DNA of 64,000 bases from an uncultured Chloroflexia bacterium (GTDB lineage: Bacteria > Chloroflexota > UBA6077 > JACCZL01), in assembly GCA_963765765.1 (NCBI GenBank), contig CAVXYC010000015.1, forward strand, positions 672,001-736,000, given 5' to 3'. Position 1 is the first letter of the stretch, and each line of letters begins with the position of its first letter. The translations under genes and the position numbers were made by a program. Positions 9,801-20,987 of this stretch are shown in pieces. The notes beneath the pieces are model-generated. The model was not told where the DNA came from. It did not search any database and was given only the letters and a program-made list of their open reading frames with translations.

Positions 9801-10721
9801 ATGCGGCGGATACTGTTCTCAGGCATCCTTGGGCTGCTTCTGAGTGCATGCGGTGGCTCCTCACCACCCCCAACCCCAACAACGGCGCCTCCGACATTGC
9901 CGCCACTTCCCACCGCGACGTTCGGTCCATCGCCCACATCCGGATCCAGCATTCTCATTCCGATTCTCACGCCGACCGTGGGAGCTACCGGTGCTACAAC
10001 GGAAGACCGTCTCGTCGTCATCAACACCGAGGGCGATGGCGCGAATATGCGCACAGACCCGTCACGGACCGCGCAGTCGCTCGTGATTGTTCCGGAGGGT
10101 GACACTCTGGATATCGTGGGGCCGGATCGCGCGGCGGACGGCATCACCTGGCGGAATGTGCGTGATCGACTCGGTAATACAGGTTGGATGAGCGCGGGCT
10201 TCCTGGGGCCGCCAGGCAGTCAGAGTACCGTGCCAACCCGGCCACCAGTCACGAGAGCACCCACTGCGCCGGCCAAGCCCGCTGCGCCGGCCAAGCCCGC
10301 TGCGCCGGCCAAGCCCACTGCGCCGGCCAAGCCCACTGCGCCCGCCAAACCGGCCGTTACGGCAACAGCCGCCCCAGCGGCACAACCCACCGCCGCGACG
10401 AAATCTCAGCCGACGGCAGCAGCAGCCGCAGGACTGGCCGTTCAAGCCAATGTTTCAAGGCCCACCATAGCAAGTGGTAGTCAGGGCTTACACGTCCGTG
10501 TGACAAACGGTGGCACGCCAGTACCGGGCGCGCGGGTAGTCGCGGTTGTGCAGGACCAGGGTGCCAATCGCACTCTAGATCTGGGGACGACCGATAGCGC
10601 CGGTGTTGCCACGCGATCATTTGACGTCGGCACGCCGCGCGGGACGGTGACGGTGAGTATTACCGTCACCACGCCCGATGCTCGATCGGTGAGTGCTTCG
10701 ACTTCGTACTCCTCGGGATAG
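9801..10721 (+). CDS. Lipoprotein with SH3-like domain, Pro/Ala/Lys linker and Ig-like C-terminal domain
   Basis: Lipobox LSAC; GDGANMRTDP...WRNVRD..GNTGWMS (bacterial SH3); PAKPxA repeats; beta-rich GTTDSAGVA domain. Confidence 0.8.
   Translation: MRRILFSGILGLLLSACGGSSPPPTPTTAPPTLPPLPTATFGPSPTSGSSILIPILTPTVGATGATTEDRLVVINTEGDGANMRTDPSRTAQSLVIVPEGDTLDIVGPDRAADGITWRNVRDRLGNTGWMSAGFLGPPGSQSTVPTRPPVTRAPTAPAKPAAPAKPAAPAKPTAPAKPTAPAKPAVTATAAPAAQPTAATKSQPTAAAAAGLAVQANVSRPTIASGSQGLHVRVTNGGTPVPGARVVAVVQDQGANRTLDLGTTDSAGVATRSFDVGTPRGTVTVSITVTTPDARSVSASTSYSSG
10260..10349 (+). repeat. 18-bp coding tandem repeat x5 (P-[TA]-A-P-A-K)
   Basis: CCC(A/G)CTGCGCCGGCCAAG repeated five times, the last copy degenerate. 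Confidence 0.92.
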
Positions 10722-10729
10722 TGAACCGG

Positions 10730-11764
10730 CTAGCGCCCAAGCACCGGATATCCCTGGAAACGATCCCAAGCGGGCTGCTTCCGTTTAAAGTCAGGGGCCG
10801 GGCCGAGCAGGCCAAAGCAGCACTCCCAGTATTCCTGGGTGTCGTGGAGCATGTGGTAATGCGCGAATTCGACGTAGGGCTGATCCAACAGCCAGCGAAA
10901 CGTCCAGTCGAAAGACTCCGCCACTCCTCGACTATCGAGCCAGTTCGAATTCCAGCCGTATTCTGTGAGCCAGATCGGAACGTCTCGGCCGCGTGCGCGG
11001 GTCCCCGCGTACAGCTTGCGCACCTTGTCGGTCTCCACGGGATCGCTGCGATGATCGGCATATGAATGGACCGAGATCGCGTCATAAGGAAGGTCCGTGG
11101 AAAGCCACTGGGCAAAATCCCAGCCGGTCAACGTGCCAACGCCGACGCGCGCGGTCGGGTTCGCTTCTTTGATGGCCGCGTAGAACGCTCGGTACCAGAA
11201 TTCGTACTCGGCCGGGTCTCGCATGCCTTCCCACATCTCGGGCTCGTTCCAAAATTCCCACGTCTTCACATGAGCGTAGCGCCGCGCCATGATGCTCATC
11301 GTCGTCTGGAACGCGGCGACGTTGTCCCGATTGAGCCGGCACTTCAGATGGCTCTCGAAGCACTCGGCCCCGTTCCAGGTGGCCCATGGGGGCATCGTGG
11401 CGACGACCGGCAGTACGTCAATTCCACGATCTCTGAGGCCAAAGATGATCGGGTCAAGCTGATCGAATCGTCGGTCGCCTTCCACGACTTCGATGTGTAA
11501 CCAGTCCACCGCCAACCGTACGTTGGTGGTCCCGACCTCCGCGTATTCGTCAAGCAGGCGAGGGCCGTAGCGGTCGGCGTACCACCAGTGCCCCACGATG
11601 CCCTTGATTCCTGCTCGTTCGGGCGGAATGATGATCGTGCGCTGCGCCTCAGTCGGAGCCGGAGCGAGGTGCATGCTGATCAATAGCGCGGCGAACCCGC
11701 TCAGCGTCAAACGGGCCAGAAATCGAGAGGAGTTGAACATGGCGGCGAATAATACACTCATCAT
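10730..11764 (-). CDS. Secreted clan GH-A glycoside hydrolase (GH5/GH39-like)
   Basis: Signal peptide; WEFWNEPE acid/base and IWLTEYGW nucleophile motifs. Confidence 0.85.
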   Translation of the reverse strand: MMSVLFAAMFNSSRFLARLTLSGFAALLISMHLAPAPTEAQRTIIIPPERAGIKGIVGHWWYADRYGPRLLDEYAEVGTTNVRLAVDWLHIEVVEGDRRFDQLDPIIFGLRDRGIDVLPVVATMPPWATWNGAECFESHLKCRLNRDNVAAFQTTMSIMARRYAHVKTWEFWNEPEMWEGMRDPAEYEFWYRAFYAAIKEANPTARVGVGTLTGWDFAQWLSTDLPYDAISVHSYADHRSDPVETDKVRKLYAGTRARGRDVPIWLTEYGWNSNWLDSRGVAESFDWTFRWLLDQPYVEFAHYHMLHDTQEYWECCFGLLGPAPDFKRKQPAWDRFQGYPVLGR

Positions 11765-11864
11765 TGGTCTGGGTACGCCACCGGATTACTGGTGGCCACC
11801 TCGGCAAAACGAACGACGAGGCAGGTTGTCTCGCGGGTCGCCCTTACGCAGGTTGCTGGGGGGC

Positions 11865-11904
11865 GAAAGGAAAGGGACGGTGCCCCGTGGGCACCGTCCC
11901 TTTC
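11865..11904 (-). terminator. Rho-independent terminator after groEL copy 1
   Basis: GAAAGGGACGGTGCCC-CGT-GGGCACCGTCCCTTTC hairpin with a T-rich tail on the minus strand. Confidence 0.8.
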
Positions 11905-11925
11905 AAGGATAGCTAGCGTCTGGAC

Positions 11926-13879
<1,954 letters not shown>

Positions 13880-14079
13880 AGCACTCCTCCCGATGGCTAG
13901 TGAAATTTCTCAATGAGCCTGTTTCACGGGCTCGTGGATGGGTATACGGCTCGCCGTGTAAGAGGAGCATTAGAAGGGGGTAAGAAGATTGTGTGAGCCG
14001 TCTAATTGACGGCCAATGGCGTTCACGGTGGCTTGTCTCGACTGCCACCTCTGGTCCGCCGTTCGTACAATCTTGACGT

Positions 14080-15243
14080 ATGCACCTTCGCAAGCTTTCG
14101 CTGATGAACTACCGGAATTACCAGCGCTGCTTGCTCGATTTCGATCCTGGAGCCACGATTTTCCACGGCGATAACGGGCAGGGGAAGACGAATCTTCTCG
14201 AGGCCGTGTACTTGCTGGCTACCACGAAGTCGTTCCGAACCACGGTTGATCGCGAGCTCATGAGCTGGCGGGCTATCCAGGATAGGCTGCTTTTTTCGCG
14301 AGTGGAAGGTTGGGTCGGCCGCAAGGCCGGCGACCTGCACATGGAGATGCTGCTCAAAGGCGACGCGAACGGCGCCACAGCGGCTGATGAAGCTCCAGCG
14401 ATAACCAAGCTCATCAAGCTCAATGGACTTCCCGCGCGAGCCTCGCAGATTGTGGGCGAGCTCAATGCAGTGGTCTTCAGTCCGGAGGACCTAGAGCTGC
14501 TGCACGGCGCGCCGTCCGGAAGACGTCGATACCTCGATCTCACTCGCTCCCAGATCGATCGATCCTATCTGCGGGCTCTCCAGCGATATCAGCGCGTCCT
14601 GGCACAGCGGAATCATCTCCTGCGTCAAATTCGCGATCGTCGTCAGGAGCGCTCGTCACTCTCTATCTGGAATGACGAGCTAATCCAGCTCGGCAGCACA
14701 ATCGTTCGGCATCGCATAGCTCTCATCACCGATCTGAACCATGCCATGTCCGACCTTTATCGGCGATTGACGCGTACGGAGCGCCTCCTGGAGCTGAAAT
14801 ATCGAGCCAGCAGCCAGCCAGACCTTGGTGATATCTCGGACGAAGAAGGGCGGGCGTCGTTTAGATCGAAGCTTGAGCAGCTCAAGCAGAGGGAGCTTGA
14901 TCAAGGCGTCTCACTGGTGGGACCGCATCGTGACGATTTCACGTTTCTTGTTGACGGTGTGGACATGGGCGCATTTGGCTCTCGAGGCGAGCAGCGCATC
15001 GTGGCGGTGGCACTCAAGTTGGCAGAAGCAGTCGTGATCCGTACACTCATGAACGACAGTCCCGTGCTGCTCCTCGATGACATCCTTTCTGAGCTCGATC
15101 CAACGCGACGCCAGTTCGTCCAGGAGCAGATACAGGGTGACTTTCAAACGCTCATCACCGTGGCAGATCTGACCACATGCGACGACCTGCTTCTAGCCGG
15201 GGCCAAGCAGTTTCGAGTGGAGCGCGGGACCATCGAGGGCTGA
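14080..15243 (+). CDS. recF: DNA replication/repair protein RecF
   Basis: GDNGQGKTNLLEA, FSPEDL, GPHRDD, SRGEQR, LLLDDILSELD. Confidence 0.97.
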   Translation: MHLRKLSLMNYRNYQRCLLDFDPGATIFHGDNGQGKTNLLEAVYLLATTKSFRTTVDRELMSWRAIQDRLLFSRVEGWVGRKAGDLHMEMLLKGDANGATAADEAPAITKLIKLNGLPARASQIVGELNAVVFSPEDLELLHGAPSGRRRYLDLTRSQIDRSYLRALQRYQRVLAQRNHLLRQIRDRRQERSSLSIWNDELIQLGSTIVRHRIALITDLNHAMSDLYRRLTRTERLLELKYRASSQPDLGDISDEEGRASFRSKLEQLKQRELDQGVSLVGPHRDDFTFLVDGVDMGAFGSRGEQRIVAVALKLAEAVVIRTLMNDSPVLLLDDILSELDPTRRQFVQEQIQGDFQTLITVADLTTCDDLLLAGAKQFRVERGTIEG

Positions 15244-15307
15244 TGGGAGATATACCGGCGTGCCAGAACTTACAGGACTATAATTTGCCGGTGAACGGAG
15301 GACTACG

Positions 15308-15664
15308 GTGAATTTCCTTGGCATGGGGCCAATGGAGCTCGTGCTCATCATGGTGCTCGCTCTCATTGTCTTTGGGCCCGGCAAGCTTCCGGAGATTGCG
15401 GGGCAGGTTGGCAGGATGGTGCGCGACTTTCGCAATGCCACCAGTGATATGAGCTCGGAGTTCAACAAGGCATTCACACTCGAGTCCCAGGAGTCCTCCA
15501 GTCCTCCCCCGGCCCCCGCTCAGCCCAGCCTTCCGAGTACCGTAGCTTCCAATGAGCCATCAACCGCGACGACCGACCCCAGTGAGTCGAATGATCAACC
15601 TCGCATCGCGCCGCCTTCGGCAGTTTCAGCGGCGCGATCCGTGGATCTTCAGCCACCGTACTGA
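15308..15664 (+). CDS. Twin-arginine translocase TatA/TatB family subunit
   Basis: GMGPMELVLIMVLALIVFGPGKLPE then an amphipathic helix and a Pro-rich tail. Confidence 0.93.
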   Translation: MNFLGMGPMELVLIMVLALIVFGPGKLPEIAGQVGRMVRDFRNATSDMSSEFNKAFTLESQESSSPPPAPAQPSLPSTVASNEPSTATTDPSESNDQPRIAPPSAVSAARSVDLQPPY

Positions 15665-15805
15665 TTGGCGGCATCAGTGCTGAGAAAGCGGTGGATATCG
15701 AGCTTGATAGCAGGAATCGCGATGTACAATGTGAACGCGTCCCAGACCCAGCGTCACGGAATTGGGACTCAATGTGCGTGACCAGTTGGGCGAGAGGAGC
15801 GTGCA

Positions 15806-16345
15806 GTGATTGAAGTCTTCGTCGAAAGCATTCGAGTAAATATGACCAACTACAAACGGGTGGTCATGTTGAAGGAGAAGACGAACTCCCGGTTTCTGCC
15901 CATCTGGATTGGCCATTTCGAGGCTGACGCTATTGCCATTCCGATGCAGAATGTGCCGGTCTCCCGCCCTCTGACACACGATCTGCTCAGCTCCATAGTA
16001 AGCGCGTTGGGCGCGACGGTAACGCAGGTTGTCATTAATCGTCTGGCAGACGAAACGTTCTACGCAAAGCTCATCATCGAGGTGGAAGGCAAGCAGGTCG
16101 AGGTGGATTCACGGCCGAGCGACGCTATCGCCGTGGCGATTCGAGCCAAGGTCCCGATCTACGTCGACGAGTCTGTACTTGATCAGGCCGGGATGGTCTT
16201 CGAGAACGAGGGCGATGAGACGTCGGGCGAACCAGCGGCCACCATTGAGATCGACGAGAGTAAGCTCGGCGTGTTCAAGGACTTCATCGAAACGCTCGAC
16301 ATCGAAGATCTCGGTAAGGGCGGCGGAGAACCCAAGAGTCGGTAG
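15806..16345 (+). CDS. Bifunctional nuclease family protein (DUF151)
   Basis: LPIWIG.FEA.AI, RPLTHDL, FYA, DSRPSDAIA. Confidence 0.95.
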   Translation: MIEVFVESIRVNMTNYKRVVMLKEKTNSRFLPIWIGHFEADAIAIPMQNVPVSRPLTHDLLSSIVSALGATVTQVVINRLADETFYAKLIIEVEGKQVEVDSRPSDAIAVAIRAKVPIYVDESVLDQAGMVFENEGDETSGEPAATIEIDESKLGVFKDFIETLDIEDLGKGGGEPKSR

Positions 16346-16428
16346 GACCCCTACGAGGTGAGTGTCTCCACTCTGGACGTGCTCCAGAGTTCTTGGATCG
16401 TCGCGAACGTATACTCTGAGCTACACCC

Positions 16429-16683
16429 ATGCGTCTTCGACTGAAGCTATTCGCATCATTTCGTGAGACCGTCGGCGCCCGCGACCTTGAGTGGAGCATC
16501 GATGAGCCTGCCACCGTTGATGATCTCCTGAATTCGTTGGTCAATCGTTACCCGGGACTCGCTGCCACACTGAATCAGGGGATGGTGGCTCTCAATCACG
16601 AGTACGTGGCGAATGACACTCGGCTCTCAGACGGCGACGAAGTCGGTCTTATTCCTCCCGTGAGCGGCGGCGCGCTTCCCTGA
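16429..16683 (+). CDS. moaD: Molybdopterin synthase sulfur carrier subunit
   Basis: LFASFRE..G, ALNHEY, DGDEV..IPPVSGG followed by a 3-aa extension (ALP). Confidence 0.92.
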   Translation: MRLRLKLFASFRETVGARDLEWSIDEPATVDDLLNSLVNRYPGLAATLNQGMVALNHEYVANDTRLSDGDEVGLIPPVSGGALP

Positions 16684-17156
16684 TGTCGGAGAGTACCTTG
16701 GACATGTTCAAGATCGTTGATGAGCCCATTGACGTCGCAAAGTTGGCGGATGTTGTACGCACCGACGAATGCGGCGCTGTCTGCACGTTTCTTGGCGTTG
16801 CCCGCCTGTACTCCCGTGGTCGTGAGGTCGTGCATCTCGAGTACGAAGCCTACCCGGAAATGGCCGAGAAGAAGATGGCTGAGATTGCCCGTGAGATCCA
16901 GGAGCGCTGGGGCACGGAGCGGGTTGCCATGCTGCATCGCACCGGGGTGCTGAAGATTGGCGAGGCGTCGGTGGGTATTGCCGTTGCTTCGCCCCATCGC
17001 CGAGAGGCGTTCGAGGCGTGTCAATATGCCATTGACCGTCTCAAGACGATCGTGCCAATCTGGAAGAAGGAAGTCTGGTCCAACGGTGAGCAGTGGATCG
17101 GCTGGGAAGGCCAGCCGCCTGCCGATCTGACACCTGAGAAGCCGCAGCGAGCCTAA
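16683..17156 (+). CDS. moaE: Molybdopterin synthase catalytic subunit
   Basis: GAVCTFLG, LEYEAY, HRTG.L.IGE, SPHR.EAF, PIWKKE. Confidence 0.96.
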   Translation: MSESTLDMFKIVDEPIDVAKLADVVRTDECGAVCTFLGVARLYSRGREVVHLEYEAYPEMAEKKMAEIAREIQERWGTERVAMLHRTGVLKIGEASVGIAVASPHRREAFEACQYAIDRLKTIVPIWKKEVWSNGEQWIGWEGQPPADLTPEKPQRA

Positions 17157-17181
17157 CCAGATGACCCGTCCCCTCGTGTTT

Positions 17182-17250
17182 GTAGACCGGAGAATTTATT
17201 CCGCCGTCTTATGAGACCTCGGGGAAACGGCGGGATAAATTCCGGTCTAC
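17182..17250. repeat. GTAG-type REP-like doublet between convergent genes
   Basis: GTAGACCGGAGAATTTATTCCGCCGT (17182-17207) is an imperfect inverted match to ACGGCGGGATAAATTCCGGTCTAC (17227-17250). Confidence 0.75.
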
Positions 17251-17903
17251 GAGCAGGGCCTTAGCTTATTGATTCCGCAGACGAGCCTGTTCGTCTGGGA
17301 CAGAGGCTTCAGCCCCCGAAGGCCTGCCGCGGCGCACTCGATTGCGCAGAGCCGCTCAAGTAGCTCCATGCGCTGCAGCGCTAACTCGAGCGTTTCACCG
17401 ATGGTCAGCGCACCGTGGTGCGCGAGCAATAGCGTTCGTGACTCAGCGATGTTGGATCGTAATGTTGATCCCATCGCATCCGTTCCCGGGTGTGCGTAGG
17501 GCACCAGTCGAACGGGACCCAGCGTGACGATAGACTCCGCCAGTGCTCTCCATTCAGGGAGCTGTCCTGATGCGGCGAACGCCGTGGCAGCGACCGGATG
17601 CGCGTGGATGACCGCCCGTGCTTCCGAGCACATCTCGTATGCAGCGAGATGCAACGCTAGCTCAGTAGAGGGCTGCCGATCACCTCGAATGACCGATCCA
17701 GACGCCGAAAGGACAATCAGATCATCAGGCTGAAGCTCGTTCTTTCTCGTGCCCGCCGCGGTGATGATGAGATTTCTCTTTTCGTCTCGGGCACTCAAGT
17801 TCCCTTCGGCCGCGGCAATGAGTCCACTGGAGCCCAGGCGTCGACCTGCCCGAATGAGCTGCCAGCCAATCTCACCGAAGCGCGGATCAAAGCTGCCGTC
17901 CAT
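17247..17903 (-). CDS. Class II aldolase/adducin family protein (FucA/Ald2-like)
   Basis: EGNLSAR, PSTELALH, VIHAHP, LLAHHGAL metal-binding motifs. Confidence 0.92.
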   Translation of the reverse strand: MDGSFDPRFGEIGWQLIRAGRRLGSSGLIAAAEGNLSARDEKRNLIITAAGTRKNELQPDDLIVLSASGSVIRGDRQPSTELALHLAAYEMCSEARAVIHAHPVAATAFAASGQLPEWRALAESIVTLGPVRLVPYAHPGTDAMGSTLRSNIAESRTLLLAHHGALTIGETLELALQRMELLERLCAIECAAAGLRGLKPLSQTNRLVCGINKLRPCS

Positions 17904-17907
17904 GGAT

Positions 17908-18966
17908 TTAGACCGCTGTCGGCCTGGCCAAGTGTAGCAACAGTGTTTGCTCGTTGAGCGGCTGCACGATGCCACGTTCAGTGATGAGCGCGGTGACCAA
18001 CGATGCCGGTGTCACGTCGAATGCGGGATTGTAGACACTAGCATCGGGGGCTCCCAGTGGCTGGCCGAATGGCGAAAGCACTTCTGAAGCGTCGCGTTCC
18101 TCAATGATGATGTCATCCCCGTGCGCAGTGTTCATGTCGATCGTGGAGATCGGTGCGGCCACGTACATGGGTATGCCGTGCGCTCTGGCGGCAAGAGCCA
18201 GTCCATACGTGCCAATCTTGTTTGCCACGTCACCATTCGCAGCCACGCGATCGGCTCCCACCATTACGGCGTCTACCTGTCTCGTTCGCATGACAGCGGC
18301 GGCAGCGCCATCGCAAATGACGGTCGTGGGAATTCCCGCTTGAGTGAGCTCCCAGGCCGTAAGTCGTGATCCCTGCAGCAGAGGTCGGGTCTCATCCGCA
18401 ATCACATTGATGTTCAATCCGCGCGCGCTGGCAACGTAAATGGGTGCCAATGCTGTGCCGTAACGGACAGTTGCGAGTCCTCCCGCGTTGCAGTGCGTGA
18501 GTATGGTCATTCCGTCCTGAAGGAGCTTGGCACCGGCGTAACCGATGCTCTCGCAGACGCGCTCATCCTCCTCCAGCATTTCGCGAGCTAGCTCAAGAGC
18601 GCGAGCCCGGAATGCGTCAGCAGAGAGATCAAGAGACGACTCCAGATCTCGCTCCACCCGCTCCAGAGCCCAGAAAAGGTTGACGGCGGTTGGGCGGGAC
18701 GTTCGCAGCCGTTGGTGCGCCGCGAGCACATGCGGCCAGAGGTCGTGACCGTTGATCCCATCGGTGTTTACAATGCCCAGCCAGGCGCCGAATGCCGCTG
18801 CTGCTCCGATTGCTGGCGCTCCGCGTACCCGAAGCTCGCGGATAGCTTCCCAGAGCATCTCCACCGAGTGGATGGCGACTTGTTGGTAGCTGGACGGTAG
18901 GAGCGCCTGGTCAACGATCCAGAGTTGTCCGTCGCGGAATTCGATCGTGCGGATCTGCTTGGTCAT
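17908..18966 (-). CDS. mtnA: S-methyl-5-thioribose-1-phosphate isomerase
   Basis: VRGAPAIG, RPTAVNLFWA, THCNAGGLAT, DETRPLLQGSRLTAWE, NKIGT, NPAFDVTP. Confidence 0.97.
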   Translation of the reverse strand: MTKQIRTIEFRDGQLWIVDQALLPSSYQQVAIHSVEMLWEAIRELRVRGAPAIGAAAAFGAWLGIVNTDGINGHDLWPHVLAAHQRLRTSRPTAVNLFWALERVERDLESSLDLSADAFRARALELAREMLEEDERVCESIGYAGAKLLQDGMTILTHCNAGGLATVRYGTALAPIYVASARGLNINVIADETRPLLQGSRLTAWELTQAGIPTTVICDGAAAAVMRTRQVDAVMVGADRVAANGDVANKIGTYGLALAARAHGIPMYVAAPISTIDMNTAHGDDIIIEERDASEVLSPFGQPLGAPDASVYNPAFDVTPASLVTALITERGIVQPLNEQTLLLHLARPTAV

Positions 18967-19098
18967 GCGCACGGGAATTGTAGCCTCGGGACTCACCACG
19001 CCTGTAACAGACCCACTACGACCAGTCGCGCCTGTTTTCTTCAGGGCGGAGATCGCTATGATACGCGCCGTCCAAAGGGTAGGACTGGAGTGGATTGA

Positions 19099-19878
19099 GT
19101 GACTGCTATCGCGCTCGTCTTATCGTCTATTCAAGAAAAGGTACTCACGGGGCGGCTACGGGCGATTCTGCTGGGAAGTGTTGCGCTGGTTGCCACGTTG
19201 ATTTCTACGCCAACGGCAGCAGTGGCCGACGATATCAAGTTCTCATGCCCAATGCTCTACTACCACGATGTGCCATCGCAGGCGGGGCTCGATGCGCAGA
19301 TCAACGCGCTCATGCGTGCGGGCTACCACCCAACCACGGTGAGCGCGGTATTGGACGCGCTAGACGGCGATACGCCGCCACCGCCCGGATGCATCGTGTT
19401 GACCTTCGACGACGCGCTCAGATCCCAGCATCGGAACGCCCTCCCTGTGCTGACTCGATGGGCCGTGAATGGGACGTTTTTCATGATGCCCAGCTTCCGT
19501 GATGGCGTTCACGTGTACATGTCGCCAGAGGAGATCCAAGAGGTGGCCGATTCAGGCATGGAGATTGGCTCCCACACGCTCAACCACGCCAGCTTGCCCG
19601 CCTTGCGCAGGGCGAACCTGGGGGCATTCTTCGCTGAGATAATCGTTTCTCGCAGTCAGATCGAAAATCTCATTGGACGGCCGGTCGATCTCTTCGCCTA
19701 TCCCAACGGAGCGGTGGACGCACCGACGGCCGCGGAGATCGAGTCTGCCGGATATCGAGGCGCGGCCACGACAATCCAGGGAGCCTGGCAGACCTCGAAT
19801 TTGCGCTACTACCTGCGTCGATATCCCGCGAATCCCTGGGAGGCTCCATCGGAGATCCTCACTAGGATACGGTCCTGA
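19099..19878 (+). CDS. Secreted polysaccharide deacetylase (NodB/CE4)
   Basis: LYYH, LTFDDA, EIGSHTLNH, FAYPNG. Confidence 0.92.
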   Translation: MTAIALVLSSIQEKVLTGRLRAILLGSVALVATLISTPTAAVADDIKFSCPMLYYHDVPSQAGLDAQINALMRAGYHPTTVSAVLDALDGDTPPPPGCIVLTFDDALRSQHRNALPVLTRWAVNGTFFMMPSFRDGVHVYMSPEEIQEVADSGMEIGSHTLNHASLPALRRANLGAFFAEIIVSRSQIENLIGRPVDLFAYPNGAVDAPTAAEIESAGYRGAATTIQGAWQTSNLRYYLRRYPANPWEAPSEILTRIRS

Positions 19879-19944
19879 AGCAAGGGCTCCCGGTGACCCT
19901 GGTCGGTACAATGGTGATGAACACCCCGTGATAGAGGTTAGTCG

Positions 19945-20118
19945 GTGGACGATCAAACGCCCGAGATGGAACGGATTAGCGCAGAGATGCGCGAGCTCAT
20001 GCGGAAATGGATTCAGAATCCCGACGACAAGTATTTGAAACAACGCTACAGCGACTTACAGCGGCGCTATCAGGACCTGTTCGTCGACTTCCGAAAGCGA
20101 AGCGATCGAGTCGCTTGA
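19945..20118 (+). CDS. Small hypothetical helical-hairpin protein (57 aa)
   Basis: Hand translation MDDQTPEMERISAEMRELMRKWIQNPDDKYLKQRYSDLQRRYQDLFVDFRKRSDRVA; GAGG upstream; below the ORF-track length cutoff. Confidence 0.6.
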   Translation: MDDQTPEMERISAEMRELMRKWIQNPDDKYLKQRYSDLQRRYQDLFVDFRKRSDRVA

Positions 20119-20123
20119 CTCCA

Positions 20124-20340
20124 CTAGGACTCGTCGGGCTCAACTCCATTGGTCACCGCGCTCAGGAAGTCATAGGTTTTTCGGAAACGCTTCAGAACGG
20201 TACTTACGTCATCCGAGGGGCCGGAATAGCGCTCCGCCCAGCGGGCCGCCAACTGGCAGCTTTGCCACGGCTTCATCGCCGGCTTGGACACCGATGAGCT
20301 CGTTGGCGAGGGGTAATTGTGACTCGGGCGGAATTGACAT
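20124..20340 (-). CDS. Small hypothetical protein (~71 aa, one frameshift)
   Basis: GGAGG then ATG at 20340: MSIPPESQLPLANELIGVQAGDEAVAKL / QLAARWAERYSGPSDDVSTVLKRFRKTYDFLSAVTNGVEPDES*. Confidence 0.5.
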
Positions 20341-20437
20341 TCGGAATACGCCTCCTTGTTGCGTGCGTGACTATACCAACCTCGAATAGCGTAAACGGTC
20401 GCCCACCCATCGACCTTCAGAGGGAGCCCACCAGGTC

Positions 20438-20953
20438 ATGACGATGACTGACCCGCTTCCAACGGACCCCCGGCTCATCGAAAGATTCTCACGGGTGCTC
20501 ATTGGCGCAGTTGTCGTTGTATCCAATGCCGAGGGGCAGGTGATATTTGTTCGCCAGCCACGTGGACCATTTGCCGGATCCTGGCTATTACCGGGCGGTG
20601 GGCTCGAGCTGGAAGAGGATGCACAGACGGGCGCGCGGCGGGAGACTTTGGAAGAGACTGGCGTCGACGTTGGCGATCTCAAGTACCTCGGAACGTTTGA
20701 GGTTCTGGGTAACTGGGGGCACGGACCGTATCACTTCGTCCTGCTTGCGTTCGCCGGCTCAGCCCCGGTCGACCTTGCCGAACATGGCCCTGGTGAGGAT
20801 GAAGGTGAGATGTGCTGGGCGAAACCTGATCAGCTCGCTATTCATCCTACAGTGATGATGGTCCTGAACCAGGCGGGTAAGGCTGCGTATCCAGCAGACG
20901 AGATCGAACGGGCCCTGAAAGAGTCGGGGCTTTCCATGGTGCGATACGGATGA
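20438..20953 (+). CDS. NUDIX hydrolase
   Basis: Nudix box GGGLELEEDAQTGARRETLEETG. Confidence 0.93.
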   Translation: MTMTDPLPTDPRLIERFSRVLIGAVVVVSNAEGQVIFVRQPRGPFAGSWLLPGGGLELEEDAQTGARRETLEETGVDVGDLKYLGTFEVLGNWGHGPYHFVLLAFAGSAPVDLAEHGPGEDEGEMCWAKPDQLAIHPTVMMVLNQAGKAAYPADEIERALKESGLSMVRYG

Positions 20954-20987
20954 CCCCGCTGTTGAATGCCAAACACGAGGCGGCCCC

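Noticed and set aside
10260-10349. Tandem repeats as a possible CRISPR array
   Set aside because: No spacers; in-frame coding repeat.
14080-15243. recF as a marker of the replication origin
   Set aside because: No dnaA, dnaN or gyrB and no DnaA-box cluster nearby.
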